Virus record (IMG/VR): IMGVR_UViG_3300034122_000710
Direction: 5' to 3' (one strand)
Length of the DNA: 64,000 bases
Origin: an uncultured virus (IMG/VR IMGVR_UViG_3300034122_000710)
Taxonomy: Duplodnaviria > Heunggongvirae > Uroviricota > Caudoviricetes
Part shown: in pieces, positions 9,385 to 17,885 of the stretch
Numbering within the stretch: position 1 is the first letter of the stretch
How the letters are laid out: every line of letters begins with the position of its first letter
Translations under genes and position numbers: made by a program
The notes under the pieces: model-generated
The model's database searches: none
Told to the model about the DNA's origin: nothing
The model's input: the letters and a program-made list of their open reading frames with translations, nothing else

Positions 9385-9737
9385 TACGAGATGTCTTCGT
9401 AGGAGCAGACGGCTTCAATGGTCGTATTGGCGTTAGCCGTCAAACGAAGCGAGTCGTTCTCTTCCAGATACACAGGCTGACTCAGCACATCAAGCGTGGC
9501 GTTGGTCGGCACCGTGATTTGATATGCGATATCAAACGCTGTCGTACCGTTCTTGAAGACATCTACTGTCACCCAACCATTGCTTGCCGCTACGTTAGAG
9601 CAATACAGGGCGTTGATCTTCAATACTTTATTGGAACTCGCTGCGTTACTGACAATTGCAGAAGCAGACGTGGTGACCGCCAACCCAGAAGTTTTACCTG
9701 TGATGGTGGTGGCGTTGATGATATTTGGCGCAGCCAT
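9384..9737 (-). CDS. Conserved small beta-rich virion protein, putative adaptor
   Basis: MAAPNIIN...YLEENDSL...SYEDIS; lies between the short fibre base and the payload genes. Confidence 0.7.
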   Translation of the reverse strand: MAAPNIINATTITGKTSGLAVTTSASAIVSNAASSNKVLKINALYCSNVAASNGWVTVDVFKNGTTAFDIAYQITVPTNATLDVLSQPVYLEENDSLRLTANANTTIEAVCSYEDIS

Positions 9738-9749
9738 TAATTTCTCCGA

Positions 9750-10097
9750 TCATCCAAAAACGAGCGCCATGCCGGTGACACGGGCCTTGGTTGCGGACGG
9801 TGCCGCCGGATAGGTGACAAACACGTCCTTAGCACCTGCACTGAAGTTGACCAGAGAGCCGCTGTTTGACGAAGACAGCACTGTATCCCGGGACAGCGTG
9901 GTGCCCGATGAGGTGTAGGTTCCGATGCCAACCTCCCACTCGTTGCCTGTCTGCCCCGCAATCGTGTAGTACGTGTTGTTGCCGTTACCGATAGCACTAA
10001 ACGACTGGAAGCCCGTGGCTGCACCGGCAAGCGTTACTGTGCCTGTACCTGTGGTGGTTGTGGTTTCCTTAACCCGATCTGCGACTACAAATGGCAT
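9750..10097 (-). CDS. Short tail-fibre base/anchor protein
   Basis: ADRVKETTTTTGTG...WEVGIGTY...LSRDTVL...F.AG.KDVFVTYPA fibre N-domain ending in hydrophobic GMALVFG. Confidence 0.75.
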   Translation of the reverse strand: MPFVVADRVKETTTTTGTGTVTLAGAATGFQSFSAIGNGNNTYYTIAGQTGNEWEVGIGTYTSSGTTLSRDTVLSSSNSGSLVNFSAGAKDVFVTYPAAPSATKARVTGMALVFG

Positions 10098-10106
10098 GGT
10101 TGCTCC

Positions 10107-11036
10107 TTATGTTTCCGTGGTAATCAGTTCCCAATCAGAAACTTCGGCTGTGTCTATATTCTGCCAATCGGCGATTTCGCTGTCATCAATCAGACTCCAA
10201 TAACGCAGCCCCATCGTTCCGACTTGGCCTGTTGCGCCAACACCCGTAAGTGCTACGGTGCGTGCGCCTATCACGTTTCCAACAGTGCCGGTTGCCTCAT
10301 TGCCGGTAATTTGAAGCTGGAAGACAACGGTTCCAACCTCGCCCGATGCGCCAACACCAGTAAGCGCAACCGTACGAGAACCACTGACACTCCCAACTTG
10401 GCCGTGGGCAACAACACCATCTTCGCCTTCGGACGTGATTGCCGCAACAGTACCAACCCCGCCAGAAGCCGAGACTCCGGTGAGTGCAACCGTGCGCGAA
10501 GAGGCGGATACGGAACCAACTGCGCCATCTGCCTGTACGCCAGTTGGGAAAACAGGGGTGGCAAACTGAACATTTCCCACCGCCCCCGACGCCGATACGC
10601 CCGTTAAGGCAACGACATGGGAAGACGCAACAGCACCAAGGTAGCCATCTGCATGAACTTCTTGGATTTCTGGGTTGGGGAATGGGTCCACTCCACCAAC
10701 AAACCCCTCTGCAGAAACAGAGGTAAGCGCAATCAGCGGTGTAGCAACTGCTGTCCCAACCTCACCGGAGGCAGAAACCCCCGTGATGGCAACTACATTG
10801 TCTTGGGCGACGCTGCCAACTTCACCAGACGCAGACACCCCGGTGAGTGCAACCGAGATGGACTGTGTTACAGATCCAACGGCACCATAGGCAACAACGC
10901 CGTCTTCGGTTGGGCTGTTGATCTCGGCAACCGTGCCTACTCCGCCGGAGGCCGAAACCCCGGTAAGAGCAACCGTGACATTGCCCCCCGCAAGCGAGGA
11001 GAACGGCGCTTCGGAGAAGGCGGATATACCGAACAT
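10107..11036 (-). CDS. Repetitive virion structural protein (VALTGVSASG.VG repeats)
   Basis: About ten imperfect ~19-22 aa repeats; acidic Trp-containing C-terminus. Confidence 0.75.
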   Translation of the reverse strand: MFGISAFSEAPFSSLAGGNVTVALTGVSASGGVGTVAEINSPTEDGVVAYGAVGSVTQSISVALTGVSASGEVGSVAQDNVVAITGVSASGEVGTAVATPLIALTSVSAEGFVGGVDPFPNPEIQEVHADGYLGAVASSHVVALTGVSASGAVGNVQFATPVFPTGVQADGAVGSVSASSRTVALTGVSASGGVGTVAAITSEGEDGVVAHGQVGSVSGSRTVALTGVGASGEVGTVVFQLQITGNEATGTVGNVIGARTVALTGVGATGQVGTMGLRYWSLIDDSEIADWQNIDTAEVSDWELITTET

Positions 11037-11067
11037 GGCTACTCAGGCGGACTTGCCGCCTGCCTCT

Positions 11068-11559
11068 TTAGGTGGTAGCCAAGCGGATAAGCGCAGTCGT
11101 CGTCGTGTTGGCGGGCATCGTCAGGGTGAACGTACCGGCGGTCACCGTCTGGGAACCGAACGTGTGCACGCTCACAGCCTTGTTGCCTTGCGTCGAGTTA
11201 TAGATCAGCACTGCATCAAACGCCGTAGACAGTGTGACGTTGGTGTAGGTGATCGAAGCAGACGGCGTCCAGTACGCAACGCCCGCCGTAGAAGACGTGT
11301 TGCTCGATGCAGGGCCAGTGGCGTTGGTGATGGTCACACCGCCAGGGGTGTAGTTCGTGCCAGTCACCTCGCCCGTAGACGAGTACACCGTCGTAGAAGC
11401 GTTGACCGTGGCCGAAGCCAGATACAGCGCGGCCTTGAACGTATCCGTCGTAGGGTTGGTAAGACTGCTACGAGAGGTCAGGGTCGTGGAACCAAATTGA
11501 TGTCCGCCGACAAGCAACTCGCCCATGAACGAGGTGCACATGCTTTGTGTATTTGCCAT
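11068..11559 (-). CDS. Virion structural protein (paralog of 11763-12194)
   Basis: DTFK.ALY...GTNYT.GG...LIYN...FG...ALIRLA shared with neighbour. Confidence 0.75.
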   Translation of the reverse strand: MANTQSMCTSFMGELLVGGHQFGSTTLTSRSSLTNPTTDTFKAALYLASATVNASTTVYSSTGEVTGTNYTPGGVTITNATGPASSNTSSTAGVAYWTPSASITYTNVTLSTAFDAVLIYNSTQGNKAVSVHTFGSQTVTAGTFTLTMPANTTTTALIRLATT

Positions 11560-11568
11560 GATGTTTCC

Positions 11569-11763
11569 TTACACAATGGATGCTGCTTCAGCGAACAGCG
11601 GGGGAGATTGCTTCAAACGAACATGAACCGAACGGTGGACAAGTTCGCCCTCGTGCCAGTATTCAACCCAAGTCGTATGTTCGATGTCATTATCGACGGA
11701 GCCTTCTTTTTTCTCAAGAAGAGCATCGTCCATTACGCCTTTGGTGGTGTTAACGAGAGCCAT
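11569..11763 (-). CDS. Small conserved hypothetical protein
   Basis: ATG overlaps upstream stop; WVEYW..GELVHRSVHV motif. Confidence 0.7.
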   Translation of the reverse strand: MALVNTTKGVMDDALLEKKEGSVDNDIEHTTWVEYWHEGELVHRSVHVRLKQSPPLFAEAASIV

Positions 11764-12194
11764 TATGCGATCCTTATGATTGCGTTGGTGTTGTCCGCAG
11801 TGGGAAACTGAACTTGGAAAGACGTGGTGCAAGTCTTATCCCCGCCAAAGTCGAGAACGCACACAGTAGGGTTGCCGCTGCCTACCTTGTAGATCAGCGC
11901 CCCACGGCATGTAAACGCTGCCGGGTTCCAAGTCACATTACTGAACGATAGATACGCCACCGTGTTCTGCGGATTGCTGCCCGTAGTGGGGGCAACGCTG
12001 ACTGTGAGCGTCTCTCCGCCTGCGGTATAGCCCGTGCCGCTTGTCTCACCCGTGGTCGTATACGCAGCCGTGTTGGCGCCAATAGATGCGCCCCCGGTGT
12101 AAAGCGCCATCTTGAACGTGTCAGTGCTGAAGTTGAACTGGCCAGAAGCCAAGCCCACCTTGAACTGATTGGTCGCGCCTTGCTCGATGGGCAT
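11763..12194 (-). CDS. Virion structural protein (paralog of 11068-11559)
   Basis: DTFKMALYT...GYTAGG...RGALIY...VLDFGGDKT...AIIRIA. Confidence 0.75.
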   Translation of the reverse strand: MPIEQGATNQFKVGLASGQFNFSTDTFKMALYTGGASIGANTAAYTTTGETSGTGYTAGGETLTVSVAPTTGSNPQNTVAYLSFSNVTWNPAAFTCRGALIYKVGSGNPTVCVLDFGGDKTCTTSFQVQFPTADNTNAIIRIA

Positions 12195-12901
12195 TACTTG
12201 ACCCCGTTATTCTGCGGCAGCGGAGCCAGACGCGATTGGCCACTGCGGTATGCATCGCTGCGCTCCAGACCATCACCCAGGCGCTTGGCAAGGGCCAGTG
12301 CTTCCTTGTACTTGCCGTCGTACAACGCGATCATGTCCTGCTCACCCTTCATGTAGGTGTAGGCTTCAACAAGCGAGCCGTACAGCAGCACAGAGTCAAA
12401 ATTGTCCCCAAGCCAGGACGTGTTTGCCGTCGTGATTGACTCCGGGTAATAGTAGTAGTGCAACTCGACGTTGTAACTGGCGTCAGGCGTTGGGCCAAGA
12501 ATGAACGACAACTCGGTCGTGATGGTGCTGCCATTCACCGTAGGGCCGAACAGCGCGTAGTAACGCGGCAAGCCAGTATCTTGCGGGGACGGATACGACT
12601 GGCGGATGAAGTTCACGTCCTTGTTCAACAGGTACTCGTACGTGCCGGTATCAATGTCACCGCCCGTAACGTCTGTGATGACTGCCATCGAGTACACAGC
12701 CAAAAAGTCCGTGGGACACGACAAGTACTTGTTGTTGATGCTCACAACGCCCTTGACGTTTTTACGCAAGGACGGGAACTGAACCGTGTTGTAGATGCGC
12801 TGCTCAGCTTGTTGAACGAAAACGGGTATCTGAGCAACGAAATCGCTGCTCACGTTCTCGGTGTACGCCTGGATGGCGTTGCTGAGTTGCGTGTAGTTCA
12901 C
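12194..12901 (-). CDS. Head-tail adaptor / tail tubular protein A-like
   Basis: MNY..L...I..Y...F...AEQRI, G.PRYYA, GPTPD..Y.VEL.YYY.P, LLYGSLVEA. Confidence 0.7.
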   Translation of the reverse strand: MNYTQLSNAIQAYTENVSSDFVAQIPVFVQQAEQRIYNTVQFPSLRKNVKGVVSINNKYLSCPTDFLAVYSMAVITDVTGGDIDTGTYEYLLNKDVNFIRQSYPSPQDTGLPRYYALFGPTVNGSTITTELSFILGPTPDASYNVELHYYYYPESITTANTSWLGDNFDSVLLYGSLVEAYTYMKGEQDMIALYDGKYKEALALAKRLGDGLERSDAYRSGQSRLAPLPQNNGVK

Positions 12902-13095
12902 GCCATCGGTCCCCTGGCCATCGTGCCCTTGGTAGCGCAGCCGTTACCACGGGTCTTGATACCCGAAGTCTTAGTCGGCTTGTATTCGTTGGCGTGCATG
13001 TTGGCCACGGACACGTCCATGCGCAGCGCCTTCTTGATGTCGTCAGCGCCAACAACCGGTGTGGCCACCGGCTTGGGAGTCTTGTAGGTTGCCAT
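12898..13095 (-). CDS. Small basic hypothetical protein
   Basis: RG.G.ATKG..ARGPMA C-terminus; tightly packed in operon. Confidence 0.7.
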   Translation of the reverse strand: MATYKTPKPVATPVVGADDIKKALRMDVSVANMHANEYKPTKTSGIKTRGNGCATKGTMARGPMA

Positions 13096-13096
13096 G

Positions 13097-13291
13097 TCAG
13101 CCTCCGCGATTTGACTTCTTGTAGGTGTAACCGGGCGACTTCTGATTGGCGACCTTGGCCAGATTACGGCCCATCTTCAGCATGTCGCTGTTGGTCTTGC
13201 CACCCGCCCGCATTTTCTTCACGTCGGCATCAGGGTGCGCACCAGCGCCCTTGGCCATGTGCTTCTTCAGCATTTCTTTAACGCCTGCCAT
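13097..13291 (-). CDS. Small basic protein with MxxGG motif
   Basis: K-rich, MRAGG; AGGAG upstream. Confidence 0.7.
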   Translation of the reverse strand: MAGVKEMLKKHMAKGAGAHPDADVKKMRAGGKTNSDMLKMGRNLAKVANQKSPGYTYKKSNRGG

Positions 13292-13300
13292 TTTTCGCTC

Positions 13301-13729
13301 CTATGCCGTCACAACCGTGACTGTACCAATTTGAACCGTCAACACCAAGTAGTTTGGCGTCAACCCAGCATCGGGGCCACGCGACCCACCAACCGGATTC
13401 CAACCCCACTGAAAGTCTCGACTGCCTTCACTCGGGAAACCCACTGCGTCCTGCGTGGTTGCCGTCGTGTCTACGACTTGTAGCCCCGTGTTGCCCGACT
13501 GCACATAACTCAGATCAGGGCGCGGGTTGCGCAAGCCTTGCGGGTCATCAACCGGATACATGCCCAACTGCAACTGCGGTTGGTCGGGGTCCCAGCAGAC
13601 CGGGCAGACCAAGAGGTTGTAAGTCTTGGTCTTGATAACTTCCTTGCGCAGTTGCGTGAGCTTGAACCGAAAGTCGCAGCGGTCACACTGCGCAATCGCA
13701 TTCTTGCCTGACGCAAACCGGTTGCCCAT
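13301..13729 (-). CDS. Conserved virion-associated protein with Cys4 motif
   Basis: CDRC...CPVCWDPDQPQL...DPQ.LRNPRPD. Confidence 0.75.
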   Translation of the reverse strand: MGNRFASGKNAIAQCDRCDFRFKLTQLRKEVIKTKTYNLLVCPVCWDPDQPQLQLGMYPVDDPQGLRNPRPDLSYVQSGNTGLQVVDTTATTQDAVGFPSEGSRDFQWGWNPVGGSRGPDAGLTPNYLVLTVQIGTVTVVTA

Positions 13730-14680
13730 TTAGGTGCCGCTCCCGATGTACATCTGCCGGGGCACAAATCGCACCGCTGCCTTTTCCTGATCCTCGCCTG
13801 CGGCGATCATCCAAGCCTCGTCGTACTGCTCTTTAAGAATCTGCAGGCGTTGGATGCCATCAGGAATCTTCAGAGCGATGTAGTACGCCAGACCGGCCAC
13901 AAGGCAGGGCAGGAAACGGAAGGGCACGTCAAACGTCTTGATGCCACTGTTGGTAGCGTCTTGAATACGGCGCATGCGCCAGTACACAAACTGATACGTC
14001 GTGCCAGGGTTGGGCGTTGGCCAGACCGTGATGCTGTTCTTCTGCGCCAACGTGATGGCCGCACCCGAAGAGTGGCCTACGGCGGTTGTTCCGTCTTGGC
14101 CACGGGCGCAGTTCAACAACAGTGCTGGGTTGCCCCCACTGGCGGGCTGAACCTCGTTGAATGCGATCAACTCACTGCCAATCTTGATGAAGCCCGCGTT
14201 GGGCACCCCGGCAAGCGAGGTGATGGGAATTGAGGTGGTCGTGGCCAGTATGGTCGCCTGCAGCGTCCCGGCAAGCACAGAGTCCGACGCAGTCAGGCGT
14301 TGAATCCAAACCTGAATAGGTCGGCCCGTGATCAGCTTGTTTGGGATCGTAGCGTACGTAGAGACGCTGATCCGGGTGATGGTCAGGTCGGCTTGATTGG
14401 TGGGGACGTTCTGGTTGGTGCGAATGACGTGATCGAGCAAGTCCACCGTATCGTCAGGCAGCGCGTAGGTCGGCTGACCAGTAGCCAAGGTGATGGCGTT
14501 TTGCTCAAACGTCCACATGTTCACGCCACGGTTGCCCCAGTCAGCGAACAACAAGTTCATGCTGCGGCGAGCCGTGCGCAAGTCATAGCCGGTGCGAAGC
14601 TCACCGCCTGCACGCTCAAACGCTTCCTCAACAATCTCGTTGAGATCGAGGTTAAAGTTGGCTACGCCTGAAGTAGTCAT
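13730..14680 (-). CDS. Head-tail connector/adaptor protein with inserted beta domain
   Basis: EIVEEAFER.G...ARRSMNLLFA.W.NRG.N.W; insertion IKIGSELI...CARGQDGT; P.RFLPCLVAGLAYY. Confidence 0.7.
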   Translation of the reverse strand: MTTSGVANFNLDLNEIVEEAFERAGGELRTGYDLRTARRSMNLLFADWGNRGVNMWTFEQNAITLATGQPTYALPDDTVDLLDHVIRTNQNVPTNQADLTITRISVSTYATIPNKLITGRPIQVWIQRLTASDSVLAGTLQATILATTTSIPITSLAGVPNAGFIKIGSELIAFNEVQPASGGNPALLLNCARGQDGTTAVGHSSGAAITLAQKNSITVWPTPNPGTTYQFVYWRMRRIQDATNSGIKTFDVPFRFLPCLVAGLAYYIALKIPDGIQRLQILKEQYDEAWMIAAGEDQEKAAVRFVPRQMYIGSGT

Positions 14681-14913
14681 CTGAATCTCGCGGTCTTCTT
14701 AGCGATGGCCTTGGGTTGCGCTACGAACTGCTTGCCGGAGGCTTTGCCTGCTCGCTTTGCTCGGGTTGAGGCGGCGTACTCTTGGGGGGAAAGAGCTTTG
14801 ATCGCAGCTTCTGGAAGGTATCGCTCACCAGTTTTACTAGACGGCTTACCACTTTTGGTCCTCCACTTTTGTGCAGTCCAATCCTTTAGCGACTGCTGCG
14901 ACGGCTTAGTCAC
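14677..14913 (-). CDS. Small basic protein, DUF5872-like C-terminal half
   Basis: GTG start overlapping upstream gene; QSLKDWTAQKWRTKSGK...GERYLP...KQFVAQP. Confidence 0.65.
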   Translation of the reverse strand: MTKPSQQSLKDWTAQKWRTKSGKPSSKTGERYLPEAAIKALSPQEYAASTRAKRAGKASGKQFVAQPKAIAKKTARFR

Positions 14914-15196
14914 GGTACCCGCCACCCTTGGCCTTGTACTGCTTGGCCAGAAGCTGCGCTTTGCGGGCGCTCCACTGACCTGCCGCCGTGCCCTGCACAG
15001 CCTGCCCCTTGATCTTCTCAAAGAGCGACTTGCGCATACCGGGCTTGGTGTAGTTGCCCGCTTCGTTGACCTTGGACTTGGTAGTCCCGCCTTCGGCGTA
15101 CATGTCAACGTCGTTCGGGTCATCCTTGCGTCGGATGACCTTCTTCTTGGGCATCTTGGAGGGGGCGATGGCCCCCATCCCCCGGCTCGGCATCAT
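14906..15196 (-). CDS. Small basic protein, DUF5872-like N-terminal half
   Basis: NYTKP.MRK...GQWSARKAQLLAKQYKAKGGGY; YAEGG motif. Confidence 0.7.
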   Translation of the reverse strand: MMPSRGMGAIAPSKMPKKKVIRRKDDPNDVDMYAEGGTTKSKVNEAGNYTKPGMRKSLFEKIKGQAVQGTAAGQWSARKAQLLAKQYKAKGGGYRD

Positions 15197-15197
15197 G

Positions 15198-15698
15198 TCA
15201 GCACTTGCCGCCGCGCTTCATGCCCAGGGGCGTGCTTCCGGCCATCTTGATCATGGTGCCCTTGGTCTTGCCCTTGGTGGCCACACCATCGCGGCTCGGA
15301 GCAGCGGTCTTCACAGTGCCCATCTTGGCCTTGGTGATGCCGGTACCGGCGCTGCCACCCATAGCCATTTTCTTCATGCCCTTCATTTCGGATTCCTCAT
15401 GTTTGATCATTGACTTAGGAGCACCGGCCTTCTTCATAAAGCCGATCTCTTTCTTAACCATCGCCTTGGACTCTTTCACGTTGCCACCTCTTGCAAGAAT
15501 TGCCGACTTGCCGTGCTCGGTCTTCGGCTTGTTGATGGACTGGACGTCTGCGCGACTCCCAGAACCGAACTTACGGCCCTTGTCGGCCTTTACAAACTCT
15601 GCGCCAACAGACTGCGGAATGCCAACACGCTTGGCAGCGGCGGGGTCATTAGCCACCATCGCCATCAAGTTGTGTTGAGCTTTGCTTTTGCTTGGCAT
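15198..15698 (-). CDS. Basic M/K/G-rich protein with three MxxGG-type motifs
   Basis: MPSKSKAQHNLM N-terminus; LARGG, MAMGG, MKRGG. Confidence 0.75.
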   Translation of the reverse strand: MPSKSKAQHNLMAMVANDPAAAKRVGIPQSVGAEFVKADKGRKFGSGSRADVQSINKPKTEHGKSAILARGGNVKESKAMVKKEIGFMKKAGAPKSMIKHEESEMKGMKKMAMGGSAGTGITKAKMGTVKTAAPSRDGVATKGKTKGTMIKMAGSTPLGMKRGGKC

Positions 15699-15699
15699 A

Positions 15700-15954
15700 T
15701 CAGCAGTTCCACGCCCTCAAGGATTTGTTAATCCTCGAATTCGGATCGTTTGCGGTTTTTTCGCTCGTCAACTTCTTTTTCATGCCTTTCATACGGGCGC
15801 AAAAAGAGTCGCGGCGTGGACCGCCCTCCGGCTGAGGTGCCTTCAGTCCAGGCTTCCCTGGATTCGCGGCGTTGTAGGAGGCTCGCCCCTTGGCGTTCAG
15901 TCCGCCCTTGGGGTTCTTGCCTTCTTTCCTCTGCCATGCCGGGGTCTTAGCCAT
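15700..15954 (-). CDS. Small basic protein (DUF6321-like)
   Basis: AWQRKEGKNPKGGLNAKGRAS...SFCARM.GM...SRINKSLRAWNC. Confidence 0.7.
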   Translation of the reverse strand: MAKTPAWQRKEGKNPKGGLNAKGRASYNAANPGKPGLKAPQPEGGPRRDSFCARMKGMKKKLTSEKTANDPNSRINKSLRAWNC

Positions 15955-16447
15955 AAAAGATCGTCGTGGTGACGTTACTGACCAAGCCAACGTAGATACC
16001 GTTCTCAGCCAAGATACCTTCACCGGGAATGATCACGTTGAACGCTGTCGGGTTGTACGAGTCGGCCTCCAACAAGAGATCGGCGTACATGGTGACCGCA
16101 GGGCTTCCAGTGATGGTGCCCGACGCAGTATCCGTAACCGTGAACGTGTTGGCGTTGGTAACCGTCACAGAGTACACGTTGGTCGTCGCCGTGCCGCCAG
16201 TGCCTGCCGAGAAAGACAGCCACACGCGGTCGCCGTTAGCGAGTCCGTGATTTGTGATGGTCACCGTGACTGTATTGGTCGAACGACCGTAAGTGCCGGT
16301 CTGAGCCAAATTGTTGGCGTACACCGTGTTGCGCGTGGCAGCACTGGCATTGGCCGAAACAATCGCACCCTTGAGACGCGTACGGTAAGTGACCGCTACA
16401 CCAGACGCAGCCATGTGCGCTGATTTAACGTCGTATTGCATCGCCAT
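15947..16447 (-). CDS. Putative capsid decoration/fibre protein with inserted beta domain
   Basis: T-rich; TVTITNHGLANGDRV insertion; IPGEGIL..NGIY C-terminus. Confidence 0.65.
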   Translation of the reverse strand: MAMQYDVKSAHMAASGVAVTYRTRLKGAIVSANASAATRNTVYANNLAQTGTYGRSTNTVTVTITNHGLANGDRVWLSFSAGTGGTATTNVYSVTVTNANTFTVTDTASGTITGSPAVTMYADLLLEADSYNPTAFNVIIPGEGILAENGIYVGLVSNVTTTIFYG

Positions 16448-16459
16448 GATGCGCTCCTA

Positions 16460-16792
16460 TTAGGTAGCGGTGGTGATGGCAATCCAAGCAGACGCGCCGC
16501 GCACATAGATGCGGTCGTTGGTGGTGGTGCCGTCAGTACGCAGGTAAAGCGAACCCTGAGCAGCCGTCACGGTGGGGGCACCGGAGCCAACAAAGACGCC
16601 CAAGTTTGCAGTGGAGGACATCAGAACTGCCGACATACCGCCTGCTGCGGGGGCCGTGCCGCTGTCAGCGGTCAGATTGCCCGTGGCAGAAACAGAAGTT
16701 GCAGTAACCGTGGTAGCGGTGACAGCGCCAGTGATAGCACCAACAAAACCATTATTGGATACAACTGGCCCGCTGAAGGTCGTGGTTCCCAT
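16460..16792 (-). CDS. Putative head fibre/decoration protein
   Basis: MGTTTFSGPV.S.NGF N-terminus; GSGAP...GSLYLRTDG. Confidence 0.7.
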   Translation of the reverse strand: MGTTTFSGPVVSNNGFVGAITGAVTATTVTATSVSATGNLTADSGTAPAAGGMSAVLMSSTANLGVFVGSGAPTVTAAQGSLYLRTDGTTTNDRIYVRGASAWIAITTAT

Positions 16793-16800
16793 GTGGAACG

Positions 16801-16856
16801 CTCCTCAAATTGCGCTTGCTGTCTCTGAGGTCAGTCCGCCAAGTCGGTCAGCAAGC
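16801..16856 (-). ncRNA. Structured RNA downstream of capsid gene, probably the Mu-gpT-DE motif
   Basis: 8-bp stem GCTTGCTG/CAGCAAGC (16849-56 with 16814-21); internal CCTCA complementary to the downstream TGAGG RBS; position matches the described motif (recalled, not searched). Confidence 0.55.
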
Positions 16857-16882
16857 AGGTTGAAAATCTTGGGACTGTGTTG

Positions 16883-16911
16883 AATATAGGGCAAAAAGAA
16901 AGGGGGCACAA
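16883..16911 (-). promoter_or_regulatory. Putative sigma70 promoter embedded in terminator
   Basis: TTGTGC-17 nt-TATATT on minus strand. Confidence 0.5.
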
Positions 16912-16922
16912 GGCCCCCTTTC
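16893..16922 (-). terminator. Intrinsic terminator after major capsid gene
   Basis: GAAAGGGGGC-CTTGT-GCCCCCTTTC followed by TTTTT on minus strand. Confidence 0.85.
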
Positions 16923-16939
16923 CCGATTTCCGACGCTGA

Positions 16940-17869
16940 TTAGGCGCCAGCAGAACCCCAGATTCCCAGGGGATCAGACCAGCCGAACGAATAACGCTCG
17001 CGGGCCTTGTAGCGCACGTTGCCGGTGTCGAAGTCACCGTCCATCGAGGTGGACATGGCCACACGCTCGAAGTGCTTCAGACCGTTAGGCACGTCCGTGG
17101 TCAGGAACCAAGCGTTGACGTCGGTCAAGAAGTGGTTGACGGTGAAGCCACCGGGGATCGCACCCATCTGCTTAATAGCGTTGATGTCGTTATCAGCAGT
17201 GGCCACGCGCAGTTCCGTGTCAAGCAGACGCTTGGCAACGAACATCAGGCTGGGCGGAATGACCAGCTTGACCGGCTTGGCAGCGATCAGCAGACCACGT
17301 TCGTCCGTCCACGCAGCGATTTGAATCACAGCGTTTTCGAGCGAAGTCTCGTTCAGGTCCACGGCAACAGACGGGCTGTTGTAGTTCACACCACCGGAAA
17401 CCAGGGGGTGACCCACGCGAGTGGCCGAAGCGTTAACGCCAAACAGCGACACACCGTCACCGCCGGGGTAAGCGCCGTTGAAGCCGTTGTTCAGAACGGC
17501 AGCGGCCTTAACCTGCTTGGTGTAAGACATCGCACGAGCCAGAGCCTTGGTGTAGCGGGCAGACAGACTGTCATACAGGTTGTCTTCCACTGCTTCCTCG
17601 GTGATCGAGAAGCCAAGGGCGATAGTCTCGTGGTTGTAACGAGCGGTGAAGGCTTCCTGCGCATTGTCATACGCGATGGCCTGACCTTCGTTCTTCACCG
17701 GAGCGGCACTAAAGCCAGCCAGCTTGGTTTCTTCTTCAAAGGAACGCTCGGACTTTTCAGTCTCGTAGATTTCCTTGTGCTCTTCGCCGTAGCGAGCGTA
17801 CTCCATGCCGAACAGGGCGTTCAGACCGGGCAGGAGTTCCTTGAGTAGTTGGGCACGAGAAATTGCCAT
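16940..17869 (-). CDS. Major capsid protein (Mu gpT-like)
   Basis: MAISRAQLLKELLPGLNALFG...ITEEAVEDNLY...RYKARERYSFGWSDP signature; follows portal and scaffold. Confidence 0.9.
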   Translation of the reverse strand: MAISRAQLLKELLPGLNALFGMEYARYGEEHKEIYETEKSERSFEEETKLAGFSAAPVKNEGQAIAYDNAQEAFTARYNHETIALGFSITEEAVEDNLYDSLSARYTKALARAMSYTKQVKAAAVLNNGFNGAYPGGDGVSLFGVNASATRVGHPLVSGGVNYNSPSVAVDLNETSLENAVIQIAAWTDERGLLIAAKPVKLVIPPSLMFVAKRLLDTELRVATADNDINAIKQMGAIPGGFTVNHFLTDVNAWFLTTDVPNGLKHFERVAMSTSMDGDFDTGNVRYKARERYSFGWSDPLGIWGSAGA

Positions 17870-17885
17870 TTCAGATCACTCCTTA

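Noticed and set aside
16417..16440. GCGCTGATTTAACGTCGTATTGCA resembles a SAM-II riboswitch 5' half
   Set aside because: It is the antisense of the coding start MQYDVKSA of gene 15947-16447; the closing stem and 3' pseudoknot strand are missing.
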